DNA of 64,000 nucleotides from Fimbriimonadales bacterium (GCA_041744215.1 JBGTLG010000041.1:64001-128000), one strand, 5' to 3'; counted from the stretch's first letter, positions 1 to 10,347 are shown. Made by a program: numbers and translations. Notes: a model not told the origin generated them from the sequence alone.

Positions 1-533
1 CCGCCGGATAACTCACGTTGCTGACGCCACGTACCTACAGTCAACCGCTGCCAGTCTTGTGATAGCCAACCACTGATCGTTTGGAGTTCCCCAAGTTCAC
101 CAGACCTGACGATCTCCCTGGCTCGCTGCAGCACGTCGGTGCAGGGGGTGTTGTAACCCACAACGAACACCAGCCCAGAGTCTCTAACCTTCGCGGACAG
201 CGCGCGCGCCTCGGCGGAACCAACAACCATCGGTTTCTCCATGAGCACGTGACGCCCCTCTTCAAGAGCTTGCATCCCCTGATTGAAATGAAGACTATGC
301 GGCGTACAGATGACGACAGCGTCGCATTCGCAGCCACCATAAAGCGCGTTCGTCGAATCGAACAAGTGAGGAGCATCGACATCGCTAAAGTGCTCTCGGG
401 CAAAGTTCTCCATTCGGGAGGCATCCACATCAACAAGTCCAACCACCTCGCAGCCGACGACTTCCTTGAGACGACGCGCATGAACGCCAGCAAAGCCACC
501 GCAGCCGATCAACGCTACACGAACCGAGTTCAT
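1..533 (-). CDS. Gfo/Idh/MocA-family oxidoreductase (3'-truncated by window edge; absent from ORF track)
   Basis: Manual translation from ATG 533: MNSVRVALIGCGGFAGVH... (Rossmann fold), DAVVICTPHSLH, GRHVLMEKPM (EKP motif), FVVGYN. Confidence 0.9.
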   Translation of the reverse strand, partial: MNSVRVALIGCGGFAGVHARRLKEVVGCEVVGLVDVDASRMENFAREHFSDVDAPHLFDSTNALYGGCECDAVVICTPHSLHFNQGMQALEEGRHVLMEKPMVVGSAEARALSAKVRDSGLVFVVGYNTPCTDVLQRAREIVRSGELGELQTISGWLSQDWQRLTVGTWRQQRELSG

Positions 534-543
534 AACGAAGACT

Positions 544-1626
544 TTACCGCCCAAACACAACACGACCGAGGCGCGCGACATACATCAATTCGACGAGTGC
601 CCAGGAAATCATCACCGTAAGGCCCCAGAGCCACAGATAAGGTAACGGCGTGTAGTTGAAGACCTTAATGAAGCTTGTTGCCGTGAGGAAAACGATGACT
701 GCGGGATGAATCACAAACACGCCAAGTGATCGGTTGCCAATCGAAGCAATGATGCGCGATGTTCTATCCCATGTTGCGACCCACTTTGCGAAGCCAAGCA
801 TAAGGAATGACATCGAAGTCGCATATGTGACCAGTGCCAAGTTGAAGAGCCGGGACTCAGCAGCCCCGCCCCCGGCTAGCCAGATCTCCATAGAAACATA
901 TGCAAGCACTCCGACAAGAGCCAGCGCTCCAAAGGTCCACTTCGATCGGCTCCACATCTGCTCCCAATCATTCCATCTGACTCCAAGATAGGCACCCATT
1001 AGGACTGGCGGCAGGTACCACAAGACCGATGAGGCCGGGTAAGGCAAGAAGCCGGTGTGGCTGTCATTCAGAAATGCCACAAGAAAATTTGCGTAAAACA
1101 CGACGATCTGTGCCACGAACGCCAGCACTACGAATCGACGAAATGGCTGCTGCCTCCAGCGAATGATCGACAGAAGCAGAGGGAGGAGGATCGACACCTG
1201 AATGAGAACTGAGAAGAAGTACAGGTGGTACTCTGCCTTTCCCCATAGCAAGTAAACAGCCCAGTTCTCGGCGACTGGCGGACGATCCGGAAGGAACGCG
1301 TATCGAAACCAGATATAGAATGCGCTCCAGAGAATGTACGGCCAAACCGTTCTTGCAACTCTACGCAGATAGAATTGGGACCAGTTTGGCGTCTCCAATT
1401 TGGCCAAACTGCGAACGAGCAGCAGCGCACTAATCATCAAAAAGACTGGCACAGCGAAGTGCAGTACCTTTTGCAGGATAAACAAACCCCACCACTCTGC
1501 TGACCCGCGAATTGCGAACCTGCTCAATGAAAACCCGAGAGCATGATGTGCGACCACCTCGAGAATCGATAACCCCTTGACGATGTCGAACGCGGCATCG
1601 CGAGTTGACGTCGGCGGCAAACTCAT
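544..1626 (-). CDS. Acyltransferase_3 family membrane O-acyltransferase
   Basis: FDIVKGLSILEVVAHH, FAVPVFLMISA, RRVARTVWPY, YHLYF, SLGVFVIHP; about 10 TM helices. Confidence 0.88.
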   Translation of the reverse strand: MSLPPTSTRDAAFDIVKGLSILEVVAHHALGFSLSRFAIRGSAEWWGLFILQKVLHFAVPVFLMISALLLVRSLAKLETPNWSQFYLRRVARTVWPYILWSAFYIWFRYAFLPDRPPVAENWAVYLLWGKAEYHLYFFSVLIQVSILLPLLLSIIRWRQQPFRRFVVLAFVAQIVVFYANFLVAFLNDSHTGFLPYPASSVLWYLPPVLMGAYLGVRWNDWEQMWSRSKWTFGALALVGVLAYVSMEIWLAGGGAAESRLFNLALVTYATSMSFLMLGFAKWVATWDRTSRIIASIGNRSLGVFVIHPAVIVFLTATSFIKVFNYTPLPYLWLWGLTVMISWALVELMYVARLGRVVFGR

Positions 1627-1631
1627 CTGAT

Positions 1632-2255
1632 TTAGCCCTCGGTTCCGTAAAGGCGGTCACCGAAATCGCCAAGCCCTGGCAAGATGTACTTCAGAGCATT
1701 CAGTTCGCGGTCGAGAGCTGCAAAGTATACGTGGACGTCTGGATGTTCCCTGCTGATCCGATCCATGCCTTCCGGCGCAGCGACTACGCTAAGAAGCTTT
1801 ATGTTCTCTGCTCCAGCGGCTTTCACGAGATCGCAAGCCTGCGAAGCAGTGCCGCCGGTTGCGAGCATCGGGTCTAACAGCAGCGTAAGACTGGCTGACA
1901 GCTTTGGGAGCTTGCAATAGTAGCTGGTGGCAATTGCCGTAGATTCGTCGCGAACTAATCCAATGTATCCCACGGAGACATTCTGGAAAAGCTCGGTTAT
2001 CGGCGATAGCATTCCGAGTCCCGCACGGAGAATCGGAACCGCAGCAATGCCCTGCGATAGCCTCTCAGCCTGCGCGGATTCGAGCGGCGTCTCGACGGTG
2101 TAGGAATTCGTCTTTAGGCCTCGGGTCGCCTCGATTGCGAGGACGGTCGTCAGTCTCCGGGCGAGATCGCGAAACTCAGCAGGAAGTGTGCGCTTGTCTC
2201 TAAGTTTCCCGACAACCTCTAGCGCAAGCGGATGATCGATCAAGTGAAATGGCAT
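1632..2255 (-). CDS. upp: Uracil phosphoribosyltransferase
   Basis: PILRAGLGM, DPMLATGGT, YILPGLGDFGDRLYGT; start reset to ATG 2255 (MPFHLIDHP). Confidence 0.96.
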   Translation of the reverse strand: MPFHLIDHPLALEVVGKLRDKRTLPAEFRDLARRLTTVLAIEATRGLKTNSYTVETPLESAQAERLSQGIAAVPILRAGLGMLSPITELFQNVSVGYIGLVRDESTAIATSYYCKLPKLSASLTLLLDPMLATGGTASQACDLVKAAGAENIKLLSVVAAPEGMDRISREHPDVHVYFAALDRELNALKYILPGLGDFGDRLYGTEG

Positions 2256-2256
2256 A

Positions 2257-4263
2257 TCACTTCCACTCTTTGACCAGGAACGGCATGTACACCCCGCCAA
2301 CGACCGATCGCGCTTGGAAGCCGACTTGCCGCGCGTCCTTCGTTGAAAACCAATCTGTAAGCGGGACACGATTGGGAGTCTCACTTACAAATTGGTAAAT
2401 GGGCCGCATAAAGAAGTCGAAGTCCTCCTTGTTTTGCGACAAACACGCAGTCCAAACTGACCAATCAAGCTTTGCATAGTCCGCTCGATTGTCAAGGGGT
2501 AGGCCGTACTTCGCCATCCTCGTCTTGTAGTACTCCACTTCCTTCTTGAACACACTCTCTGGGAACAAGCCAAGGGCAAGCACCTTATCCCAAATCAGAT
2601 TGTACTTTTGGCTCCACGTTCCAGGTTTATCATACGTCAGGCGGAAGTGGTCGCCGTCGTCGGCCATCTTTGTCCACTCTTGCGCCATGCGCTTTGCTTC
2701 TCTTTTGTATGTTTCCGCCTGTTCTTTCCTTCCGCGCTTGTCGCAATGCTTTGCATAAGCACCCAGCGCGACGATCGCTTTAGCCGCGAGATTGACATTT
2801 CGCGCAAGGTGTCCGGCAAAGTCGTCTGTACACAGTTGGTTACCTGGATCGAGTCCGTGCTCGAGCAGATAGTTCGCCCACTGATCGAGCTTCGTCCAGT
2901 AGGCTCCATCGAACGGCGCGTGGTCTTTAAGGATATCCATAGCGGCAACCATGATGAGCATATTGCCGCATCCCTCGACAGGCATCTGGTTCTCTTCACT
3001 TCGCTCTCCGCCGCCATACACTTGCCCGTTTGCTCTAGGGTATGTGCCGAGGTCGTGTGGCGCGAATGCGAATGTCCACTTCTGCGACATCGCATAGTCT
3101 AAAACTGGTCGGAGTTGCGCCTCCAGGAGCGTGACATCGAAATGTAGAAAGAACGGAGATGCGGGATAGGTTACGTCAACGGTTCCTATGCAGCCATTGC
3201 TGAAGTTTTCTTTGCTGAACATCAGCACGTCCCCGTTGAAGTCTTTCACAAGTTTGTGCGCTGCGAGGGTTTGTCGGTAGACCAAGGCGCACAGCGCTGC
3301 GTACTCGTCACCTCCGATAGACGTCGCCTTTGACATGAGCTCATCTTCGAAAGCCCTAACACGCTCGTAATGGGAGTTCTCACTTGAGTTGAGTCTCTTA
3401 GCAGGATCCAATAGCATCTCGCTTAGATCGCGGGAGACCGTTCGCCAAAGGGCAGGAAGCGCCCGATAGAAATACTCGATCGAAAAGTGGTCGTCATATC
3501 CAACTCGAATCTGAGCCCGAGGATTGTCAGGATGAAGAACGGTGGCGAACGCCGCGACGGGCCAGCGGTCGGATGCGGCACGAGGCATATCGAAGTCATC
3601 TCTGCGGGGTAGCGTGCCGGCCTCGACGAACTCTCGTCTTACGACATCAGCTGTTCCAAACGTTGCACTGTAGTCGCGATGTCCAATCAATATGAGTTTG
3701 CCCCAGTCAATCCTGAGGTTGTCGCCGCTTTTCTTCAGCACATTCTGCTCTTGGGACATGAAGTAAAGCACCTGATGCTCGCCTTGATCGGACTTTCCCC
3801 ACATGACAGACTGCCGGCTGGAATCGACGGCCGCTTCAGCGCTCATGTCAAAGTGAACTGCGACTTCCTGGCTGCCCTCACGCAGTTGCTGAGCTTCGAT
3901 GGTTATCAGGCTTACTGGGAATGAGATCGACCAGTGTCGATCCGTGATGATTGGGGAAAGAAACTCGATGATCAGACGAACATCGTCTTGTTCAAATGTA
4001 TAGATCGTTCGCGTCGGAAGCACTTGAAGCCCGACCTGATTCATCGCTTGTATATCTCGCAAACCAGGCCCCATCCAACGATAAGCACGGTCCCCGATAC
4101 GAATCATTCCGCACATTCCATTGATCGCTCCCGTCCAGTGACGCGGCCAGTCGTCCGTGAGCTTGTTTGTGAATGACCAGATTGAGAAGTAGGGGTCATG
4201 AGTTATAAGGGGCACCGCCGGTGGGCGTAGGATAGGCTGCTGCATGGCATTGAGGGCGAGCAT
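2257..4263 (-). CDS. GtaA-like glutaminase / DUF4965-DUF5127 family putative (alpha/alpha)6 hydrolase
   Basis: RPPAVPLITHDPYFSIWS, FSKENFSNGCIGTVDV, APHDLGTYP, NQLCTDDFAG, WSQKYNL, FQARSVVGG. Start uncertain; ATG 4305 is only the reverse complement of the polA -10 box. Confidence 0.8.
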   Translation of the reverse strand: MLALNAMQQPILRPPAVPLITHDPYFSIWSFTNKLTDDWPRHWTGAINGMCGMIRIGDRAYRWMGPGLRDIQAMNQVGLQVLPTRTIYTFEQDDVRLIIEFLSPIITDRHWSISFPVSLITIEAQQLREGSQEVAVHFDMSAEAAVDSSRQSVMWGKSDQGEHQVLYFMSQEQNVLKKSGDNLRIDWGKLILIGHRDYSATFGTADVVRREFVEAGTLPRRDDFDMPRAASDRWPVAAFATVLHPDNPRAQIRVGYDDHFSIEYFYRALPALWRTVSRDLSEMLLDPAKRLNSSENSHYERVRAFEDELMSKATSIGGDEYAALCALVYRQTLAAHKLVKDFNGDVLMFSKENFSNGCIGTVDVTYPASPFFLHFDVTLLEAQLRPVLDYAMSQKWTFAFAPHDLGTYPRANGQVYGGGERSEENQMPVEGCGNMLIMVAAMDILKDHAPFDGAYWTKLDQWANYLLEHGLDPGNQLCTDDFAGHLARNVNLAAKAIVALGAYAKHCDKRGRKEQAETYKREAKRMAQEWTKMADDGDHFRLTYDKPGTWSQKYNLIWDKVLALGLFPESVFKKEVEYYKTRMAKYGLPLDNRADYAKLDWSVWTACLSQNKEDFDFFMRPIYQFVSETPNRVPLTDWFSTKDARQVGFQARSVVGGVYMPFLVKEWK

Positions 4264-4299
4264 TTCCAGGATCACTGCGTAAGCTTCGACGTCCGCTGG

Positions 4300-4305
4300 T
4301 AACAT
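4300..4305 (+). promoter_or_regulatory. Extended -10 box (TGgTAACAT) 6 nt before the polA ATG; leaderless-type start
   Basis: cTGgTAACATccctccATG with no Shine-Dalgarno. Confidence 0.6.
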
Positions 4306-4311
4306 CCCTCC

Positions 4312-6861
4312 ATGCCTGACAAGCGCCTGGTCATCATCGATGGATACAGCCTGCTGTTTCGCGCATTTTACGGAACTCGATTTCTGAGCACAACCGACGG
4401 TAGGCCAACGAATGCGCTGTTCGGCCTCGTCAGCATGCTCTATACTCTGCTCGAACGGGACAAGCCCGATTCCATTGTCGTCGCGCTTGACGCTCCTGGC
4501 AAGACCTTTCGCGATGCGCGGTACGCCGAGTACAAGGGCACTCGAAAAGAGACGCCTGACGAACTGAAATCACAGTTTCCATTAGCGAGGGAATTGCTGG
4601 CTGGGCTCGGCATCCCGATGCTCGAAGTTACTGGATACGAAGCGGATGACATCGTTGGGACGCTTGCCAAAGATGCAGAGCAAAGGGGCTACAGCACCAT
4701 CATTGTTACAGGGGATACTGATCAGCTTCAGCTTGTCGACGAGCACGTAACGGTTATGACAACGAGGCAAGGTGTCACTGACGTTGTGTACTACGACCCG
4801 GAGGCAGTTCGTGCAAGGTACGGCTTCGGACCCGAATTCGTTGCCGACTACAAGGCACTGGTCGGCGATACAAGTGACAATATTCCTGGCGTACCCGGAA
4901 TTGGCGATAAAAGCGCGACGAAGCTCATTCAGGAATTCGGAGACGTCGAAGCAATCATTGCAAACATCGACGAGGTCGATGAGAAGTTTAGAAAAAAGCT
5001 TCAACCCCACCTTGAACAGTTAGTGATGTCGAAATGGTTGGCGACGATTATCCGTGATGCACCAGTCGAATTCGATTACGAGCCATTTCGTATCAACAAG
5101 CAGGAGTTTGAAGCTGCGCAACGCATGCTCGAAAGTTTGGAGTTTAGAAATCACCTTAGGAAGCTGCCTCAGATTCTAGGCCCCTACATGGAGGAGGAGC
5201 AGAAGGGACTCTTCAGCGCGGATCTCGAAGTCATCGAGGAACGACCACCCATCTCTGCGTCGAGCGCTTCGTTTAGTGAGGTCGAGAAGTGGAGGGAAGG
5301 TCGCGTCGCCGGGCTTCACATTGGGGCAAACGCGGCCGCCATCGCGATAGATCGCGAGGCGAAGGAGATTTCTCTTGACACAGCCGACCGCTTGATAGCA
5401 GAGTCAGTGTCGACCCTTGCAATCCATAACGCGAAGCCTCACCTTCGACGCCTCGCTGTGTTTGAGGCGCCAGCATTCGACCCGATGCTCGCAGCGTATG
5501 TACTCCAACCAGGCCGCAGCAACTACCTCATTGAAGACATTGCTCAGGGCTTTCTCGAGGAAGGAACTCCCCAGTCCACTGCTGAGAAGGCATCGGCAGT
5601 CCATCGCCTGATCGAACCGCTCTCAAGCCGCCTGAAGCTCGACGAGCAATGGGAAATCTACGAAGACATCGAAGTCGCACTCGAACCAATACTTGCTCGA
5701 ATGGAGCACCTAGGCATCGCAGTAGATCGCGAAATGCTTGAGGATTTCAGTAAATCGCTGGCATCTTCAATCGCACTTATTGAGAAGGAGATTTTTCAGA
5801 TGGCGGGTGAGGAGTTTACGATCGGCTCTCCACAGCAGTTAGGCCGCATTCTGTTTGAAAAGTTGGGTATCCCGGTAGTGAGGAAAACAAAGACCGGTTA
5901 TGCGACCGGAGCCGAGATCTTGCAGCTACTGGGTCCGGCGTTTCCGATCGCGAAGGAAGTGCTCAGCTGGCGCGAGCTGACGAAGCTCAAGAGTACATAC
6001 GCTGATGCTTTACCAAAGATGATCTCGAGTGACGGACGGATTCACACGACGTTCGCTCAGACAGTCGCTGCAACTGGCCGCCTAAGCAGCGTTGATCCAA
6101 ACCTGCAAAACATTCCGATTCGAACCGAGTTGGGCAAACAGATTCGAAAAGCGTTCATTCCAGCACCAGGATTTCAGCTTGCATCTTTGGACTACTCGCA
6201 AATTGAGTTGCGACTCCTTGCCCACGAATGCAAGGAAGAAGCATTGGTACATGCATTCCTCAATCACCAGGACGTTCACGCGGCAACAGCAGCGACGATG
6301 TGGCAGACAAAGGTTGATGACGTCACGCCGCAGCAGCGGCGTTATGCAAAGATGCTTAACTACGCCGTTCCTTATGGCGTTACGGACTTCGGCCTGGCGA
6401 ACCAACTTGGCGGTGAGTTCACAGTAGAGCAAACGAAGGAAATGATCAAAACCTATTTTAAGAGGTTTCCAAAGATCAGAGGTTACATCGACAAAACTCT
6501 CGAAGCTGCGCGTGCTAGAGGATTTACGACGACGATTTTGGGAAGGCGTAGATACTTCCCCGATATTCACGCCGGAAATCGCGCAGCAAGGCAGTACGCT
6601 GAGAGGCAGGCGATCAACGCTCCTTTGCAAGGAGGTTCTGCTGACCTAATCAAGGTGGCGATGATCAGGATCCAACCGATGCTAAGCGATAAACGATCTC
6701 GGATGGTTTTGCAGGTTCATGACGAGCTTGTTTTTGAAATAGCGAACGGCGAAGAGGCGCTTCTTGATCCGATCCGTGCAGCTATGGAGGCAGCAATTGC
6801 GTTGGATGTTCCCATCGACGTCGATATGAGCATTGGGTCCAATTGGCTAGAGGCCAAGTGA
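4312..6861 (+). CDS. polA: DNA polymerase I (Taq-like length, degenerate 3'-5' exonuclease domain)
   Basis: IIDGYSLLFRAFY, GYEADD, GDTSDNIPGVPGIG, TGRLSSVDPNLQNIP, DYSQIELR, QVHDELV. Confidence 0.97.
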   Translation: MPDKRLVIIDGYSLLFRAFYGTRFLSTTDGRPTNALFGLVSMLYTLLERDKPDSIVVALDAPGKTFRDARYAEYKGTRKETPDELKSQFPLARELLAGLGIPMLEVTGYEADDIVGTLAKDAEQRGYSTIIVTGDTDQLQLVDEHVTVMTTRQGVTDVVYYDPEAVRARYGFGPEFVADYKALVGDTSDNIPGVPGIGDKSATKLIQEFGDVEAIIANIDEVDEKFRKKLQPHLEQLVMSKWLATIIRDAPVEFDYEPFRINKQEFEAAQRMLESLEFRNHLRKLPQILGPYMEEEQKGLFSADLEVIEERPPISASSASFSEVEKWREGRVAGLHIGANAAAIAIDREAKEISLDTADRLIAESVSTLAIHNAKPHLRRLAVFEAPAFDPMLAAYVLQPGRSNYLIEDIAQGFLEEGTPQSTAEKASAVHRLIEPLSSRLKLDEQWEIYEDIEVALEPILARMEHLGIAVDREMLEDFSKSLASSIALIEKEIFQMAGEEFTIGSPQQLGRILFEKLGIPVVRKTKTGYATGAEILQLLGPAFPIAKEVLSWRELTKLKSTYADALPKMISSDGRIHTTFAQTVAATGRLSSVDPNLQNIPIRTELGKQIRKAFIPAPGFQLASLDYSQIELRLLAHECKEEALVHAFLNHQDVHAATAATMWQTKVDDVTPQQRRYAKMLNYAVPYGVTDFGLANQLGGEFTVEQTKEMIKTYFKRFPKIRGYIDKTLEAARARGFTTTILGRRRYFPDIHAGNRAARQYAERQAINAPLQGGSADLIKVAMIRIQPMLSDKRSRMVLQVHDELVFEIANGEEALLDPIRAAMEAAIALDVPIDVDMSIGSNWLEAK

Positions 6862-6863
6862 CC

Positions 6864-8015
6864 TCAGCAAAACCTCGACCTCGCCCACATTCTCGCATCT
6901 GCGTCAGCTTGAAGAATAGCCTCGAGAGATACTTCGGCCTCCGGCAGAGCATCGAACGAGTCTTTGCATAGGTCTTGAATTCGAAGGAACGGAATCTCGT
7001 CACGTAGAAAGGCGTTTGCGGCCTCTTCGTTGACACCATTCAGAAATGTTGGCGCAATCCCACCCAGATTGAAGGCTTTACGGGCGAGGTCTGGGCATAT
7101 GAAGACACGTTCGTCGTACTCCTCAAATGTCAGCGAAGGAGTCATCAACGGGTCCCAAGGATTGGATGGTCCAGAATGCGCATGCGATCCAAACAACGCA
7201 TACTGAATCGGCAGCTTCATGTCGGGATGCCCCATTTGTGCAAGTGAGCTCCCGTCGCGAAACTTTACTATCGAATGAATGACACTCTGAGGATGAACGA
7301 CTACATCCACGCGATCGGGAGGCAGATCGTAAAGCCAACAAGCTTCGATAATCTCAAGCCCTTTATTCATTAGGGTTGCCGAGTCGATCGTGATCTTCCC
7401 GCCCATGTTCCACGTCGGATGTTTGAGCGCCTGTTCTCGAGAGGCATCACGCAGTTGATCATACGACCATCCCCGAAACGGCCCCCCTGACGCCGTCAAA
7501 ATGATTCGATCAACTTCCTCCATGCCCGGATATTCTTTGTTTGCTCCACGAAGACATTGCAAGACTGCCGAGTGCTCGGAGTCGATCGGCATGATGGTGA
7601 CGCCTGCGCTTTTCGCCGCAGGCATGACGATCGATCCACCGGCGACTAATACTTCTTTCGATGCTAACGCGATCTCTTTCTTCGCCGAAATCGCTGCAAG
7701 GGTCGGCTCAAGACCTATCATCCCGCTTACAGCCACCACGACTATGTCGACACCTGGATCGGAGGCAATACCAACCAACCCCTCCATTCCCGTGGGTACT
7801 GGTCGCGACAGGGCCTTAGAAAGCTGCTCGGCTGCGGCAATGTCATACATCGCCAAGCGAGAAACCTTGAACTCGTGCGCCAGAGCGGCGACTCGGGAGT
7901 GATCCGTCTTAGCGGCAAGCGCAACAATGCTGACTTCCGAGGGGTGACGGCGAATCACGTTGATAGTCTGCTCGCCAATGCTGCCCGTACAGCCAAGTAT
8001 CGCGATGCGCTTCAC
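6864..8015 (-). CDS. dxr: 1-deoxy-D-xylulose-5-phosphate reductoisomerase
   Basis: LGCTGSIG, PIDSEHSA, LTASGGPF, HPTWNMGGKITIDSATLMNKGLE. Confidence 0.97.
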   Translation of the reverse strand: MKRIAILGCTGSIGEQTINVIRRHPSEVSIVALAAKTDHSRVAALAHEFKVSRLAMYDIAAAEQLSKALSRPVPTGMEGLVGIASDPGVDIVVVAVSGMIGLEPTLAAISAKKEIALASKEVLVAGGSIVMPAAKSAGVTIMPIDSEHSAVLQCLRGANKEYPGMEEVDRIILTASGGPFRGWSYDQLRDASREQALKHPTWNMGGKITIDSATLMNKGLEIIEACWLYDLPPDRVDVVVHPQSVIHSIVKFRDGSSLAQMGHPDMKLPIQYALFGSHAHSGPSNPWDPLMTPSLTFEEYDERVFICPDLARKAFNLGGIAPTFLNGVNEEAANAFLRDEIPFLRIQDLCKDSFDALPEAEVSLEAILQADADARMWARSRFC

Positions 8016-8019
8016 GAAC

Positions 8020-9144
8020 CTATTCTACGTCCTCTAGCAATGCAGCTGCAATTTTCGCGGTTCTTGTTATCGCATCTCTGGGACCTAACATACGTCTAAT
8101 CTCTTGAAAGTCGTTGAGTTGTTGAGCTCTGACGTCTTCGTTGAATAACACTTCGTATGCGGCGTTGTAAACAGCGTCCGGCGTCACATTCCACATTAGC
8201 AACTCAGTGACAACCTTCTTCTGCATTATTATTGAGGGCATCGCCACGAATTCGAATCTCGGCCTTCGGATGCGTACCTCGGTCTCCAGCAGCTTAGACC
8301 CGCGATAAACAACGACCATCGGGCAGTCGCAGACCGCGCATTCTAGCGCTGCCGTTCCTGAGCAAACTATTGCGGCGGCAGCACGCTTCAGCGTGTGGGG
8401 GGCGGGTTCAGCAGATAGCTCAACCGGCACTCGCGAATGAGCGGACCACATCCGCGATACCTTCTCGGGGTCAGCAGTGGGTGCAACTACGATGGTCGCT
8501 GGAAGAGCCGAGTTTCCAAGTCTCTCAACTGCCTGCGCAATAACTGGGAGATTGAATTCGATCTCATGCAGCCGGCTACCAGGAAGTATCGCGATCCCAG
8601 AGCGGTCCGCTTCCTCAAACTGGTCGCATATCTGCACAATCGGATGACCTACCCATTCCGAGACGCCGCCCATAGAGAGCAGCATCTCATTCGACCATTT
8701 GAACGGAGTCGCTATTCGATCGGCAATCTTTGGTAGATCCACTCCTTGCTTCTGCCTTCTCCAAGAGCCGGGTGGCATAAAGTACAGCGTCTTGGATCCG
8801 ATGCGCTTTGCAATTCGGGACAACCGAATGTTGACGTATCCGAAATCAATCGCTATCACAAGCCTTGGCTTTTGGTGTCGCAACCACCGTGTCACTTTGC
8901 GCATATCCCGGTAGACCCTTGGCACGACTAGCAATGAATGAAAGATTCCGATGGCTCCCCAACTGCTTGAGTCTGCGATGATCTCCGCGCCAGCGCTCCG
9001 CAGTTTTGAGGCGCCAATCGCGTGAAACTCGGCATCCACCCCTAATTGCCTCATTTCGTTTATCAGCGCAGCCCCGACAGCATCGCCGCTCGCCTCACCG
9101 GCCGACAAAAGAACCCGTGGCTTACCGCTGGTCTTGGCGTCCAA
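8020..9144 (-). CDS. lpxB: Lipid-A-disaccharide synthase
   Basis: LSAGEASGD, VGHP, LPGSRLHE, SGT; follows lpxA. Start TTG 9144 or GTG 9156. Confidence 0.92.
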   Translation of the reverse strand: MDAKTSGKPRVLLSAGEASGDAVGAALINEMRQLGVDAEFHAIGASKLRSAGAEIIADSSSWGAIGIFHSLLVVPRVYRDMRKVTRWLRHQKPRLVIAIDFGYVNIRLSRIAKRIGSKTLYFMPPGSWRRQKQGVDLPKIADRIATPFKWSNEMLLSMGGVSEWVGHPIVQICDQFEEADRSGIAILPGSRLHEIEFNLPVIAQAVERLGNSALPATIVVAPTADPEKVSRMWSAHSRVPVELSAEPAPHTLKRAAAAIVCSGTAALECAVCDCPMVVVYRGSKLLETEVRIRRPRFEFVAMPSIIMQKKVVTELLMWNVTPDAVYNAAYEVLFNEDVRAQQLNDFQEIRRMLGPRDAITRTAKIAAALLEDVE

Positions 9145-9910
9145 ATCGGCCACCACCTACGTTTTGCAAGAAGTTGAGCAGGTACTCCACTTCCGGCGTA
9201 ATCTCAACCTCTCGCCGCACCGCCTCAATAGCCCGGGTCATACCCATCTCGGATCGAAAGAGAAGCTTGCACGCCTTGTGGAGCGCGAGCCGGACGGTCT
9301 GTTCAACGCCCATCCTTCGCAAGCCCACTGAGTTGATGTCGTAGACGCGCTGATCTCGCCCTTCTGTCAGCATAAATGGTGGAACATCCCTTGACACTCC
9401 AGACATGCCGCCGACCATCGCGTACTTACCGATCCGAACAAACTGATGAACGCCCGTCATGCCGCCGATGTTGACGCCTTCTTCGACTGTAACGTGTCCG
9501 CTGATTCCCACGTTATTGGCCATTGTAATGTTGTCATGCAAAACAACGTTGTGCCCTAAATGACAGAACGCCATGAGAAAATTGTTGTTGCCGACAACCG
9601 TTTTGTTTCCTTCGCCCGTGGCTCGGTGGACGGTAACGAACTCACGAAAGACGTTGTCGTTCCCGATCTCAAGAAACGTTGGCTCGCCAGAGTACTTTCT
9701 GTCTTGCGGATCACCACCGAGAACGGCGCCGTGCCCCACCACGTTGCGTGCTCCGATCTTCGTCGAGTGCCGAACAATGGCATGCGCCTCAATGATGGAG
9801 TCGTCGCCTATCTGGGCACCGGCTTCGATGACTGTAAACGGCCCTACGATAACACCGTTGCCAAGTGCTGCAGACGGGTCAACTATTGCGGTCGGGTGAA
9901 CCTCTGTCAA
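9122..9910 (-). CDS. lpxA: UDP-GlcNAc O-acyltransferase
   Basis: VHPTAIVDP, GGDPQD, REFVTVHRAT, HLGHN, VHQFVRIG; TTG start at 9910 overlapping the fabZ stop. Confidence 0.95.
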   Translation of the reverse strand: MTEVHPTAIVDPSAALGNGVIVGPFTVIEAGAQIGDDSIIEAHAIVRHSTKIGARNVVGHGAVLGGDPQDRKYSGEPTFLEIGNDNVFREFVTVHRATGEGNKTVVGNNNFLMAFCHLGHNVVLHDNITMANNVGISGHVTVEEGVNIGGMTGVHQFVRIGKYAMVGGMSGVSRDVPPFMLTEGRDQRVYDINSVGLRRMGVEQTVRLALHKACKLLFRSEMGMTRAIEAVRREVEITPEVEYLLNFLQNVGGGRFGRQDQR

Positions 9911-10344
9911 AGCTTTGTTCCATTCGCCAGCACTTTGAAAGCCATCTCGGCTTCGCACACAAGTTCACCATCCACCGTCGCGCGTGCCTTGATTGAGCCA
10001 ACACTGTTTCTGAACCACTGAAGTTCGGCAACGGTTTCCAAACGATCCCCCGGCACCACAGGTCGTCTAAACTTCACTTTGTCCAATCCAGCGATCAACG
10101 GCGTAAACCCCTCATATCGCGGGTCGGCAAGCATCATAACAGCACTGACCTGCGCCATAGACTCAAGAATCAGCACGCCTGGCATGATGGGCATGTTAGG
10201 ATAGTGGCCTTGAAAGAATTGTTCATTGTAAGTCACGTTTTTGTACCCACGAACACTCTTGCCAACCTCGATCTCTTCAATTCGATCAACCAACAGCATC
10301 GGGTAGCGATGCGGCAATAGAGATTGGAGTGATTTGATGTCCAT
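9907..10344 (-). CDS. fabZ: 3-hydroxyacyl-ACP dehydratase
   Basis: LPHRYPMLLVD, FFQGHYP, MPGVLILESMAQ, FRRPVVPGD. Confidence 0.97.
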   Translation of the reverse strand: MDIKSLQSLLPHRYPMLLVDRIEEIEVGKSVRGYKNVTYNEQFFQGHYPNMPIMPGVLILESMAQVSAVMMLADPRYEGFTPLIAGLDKVKFRRPVVPGDRLETVAELQWFRNSVGSIKARATVDGELVCEAEMAFKVLANGTKL

Positions 10345-10347
10345 AGT

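Noticed and set aside
41-620. ORF-track ORFs 41..499(-) and 81..620(+)
   Set aside because: Shadows of the Gfo/Idh/MocA gene in another frame.
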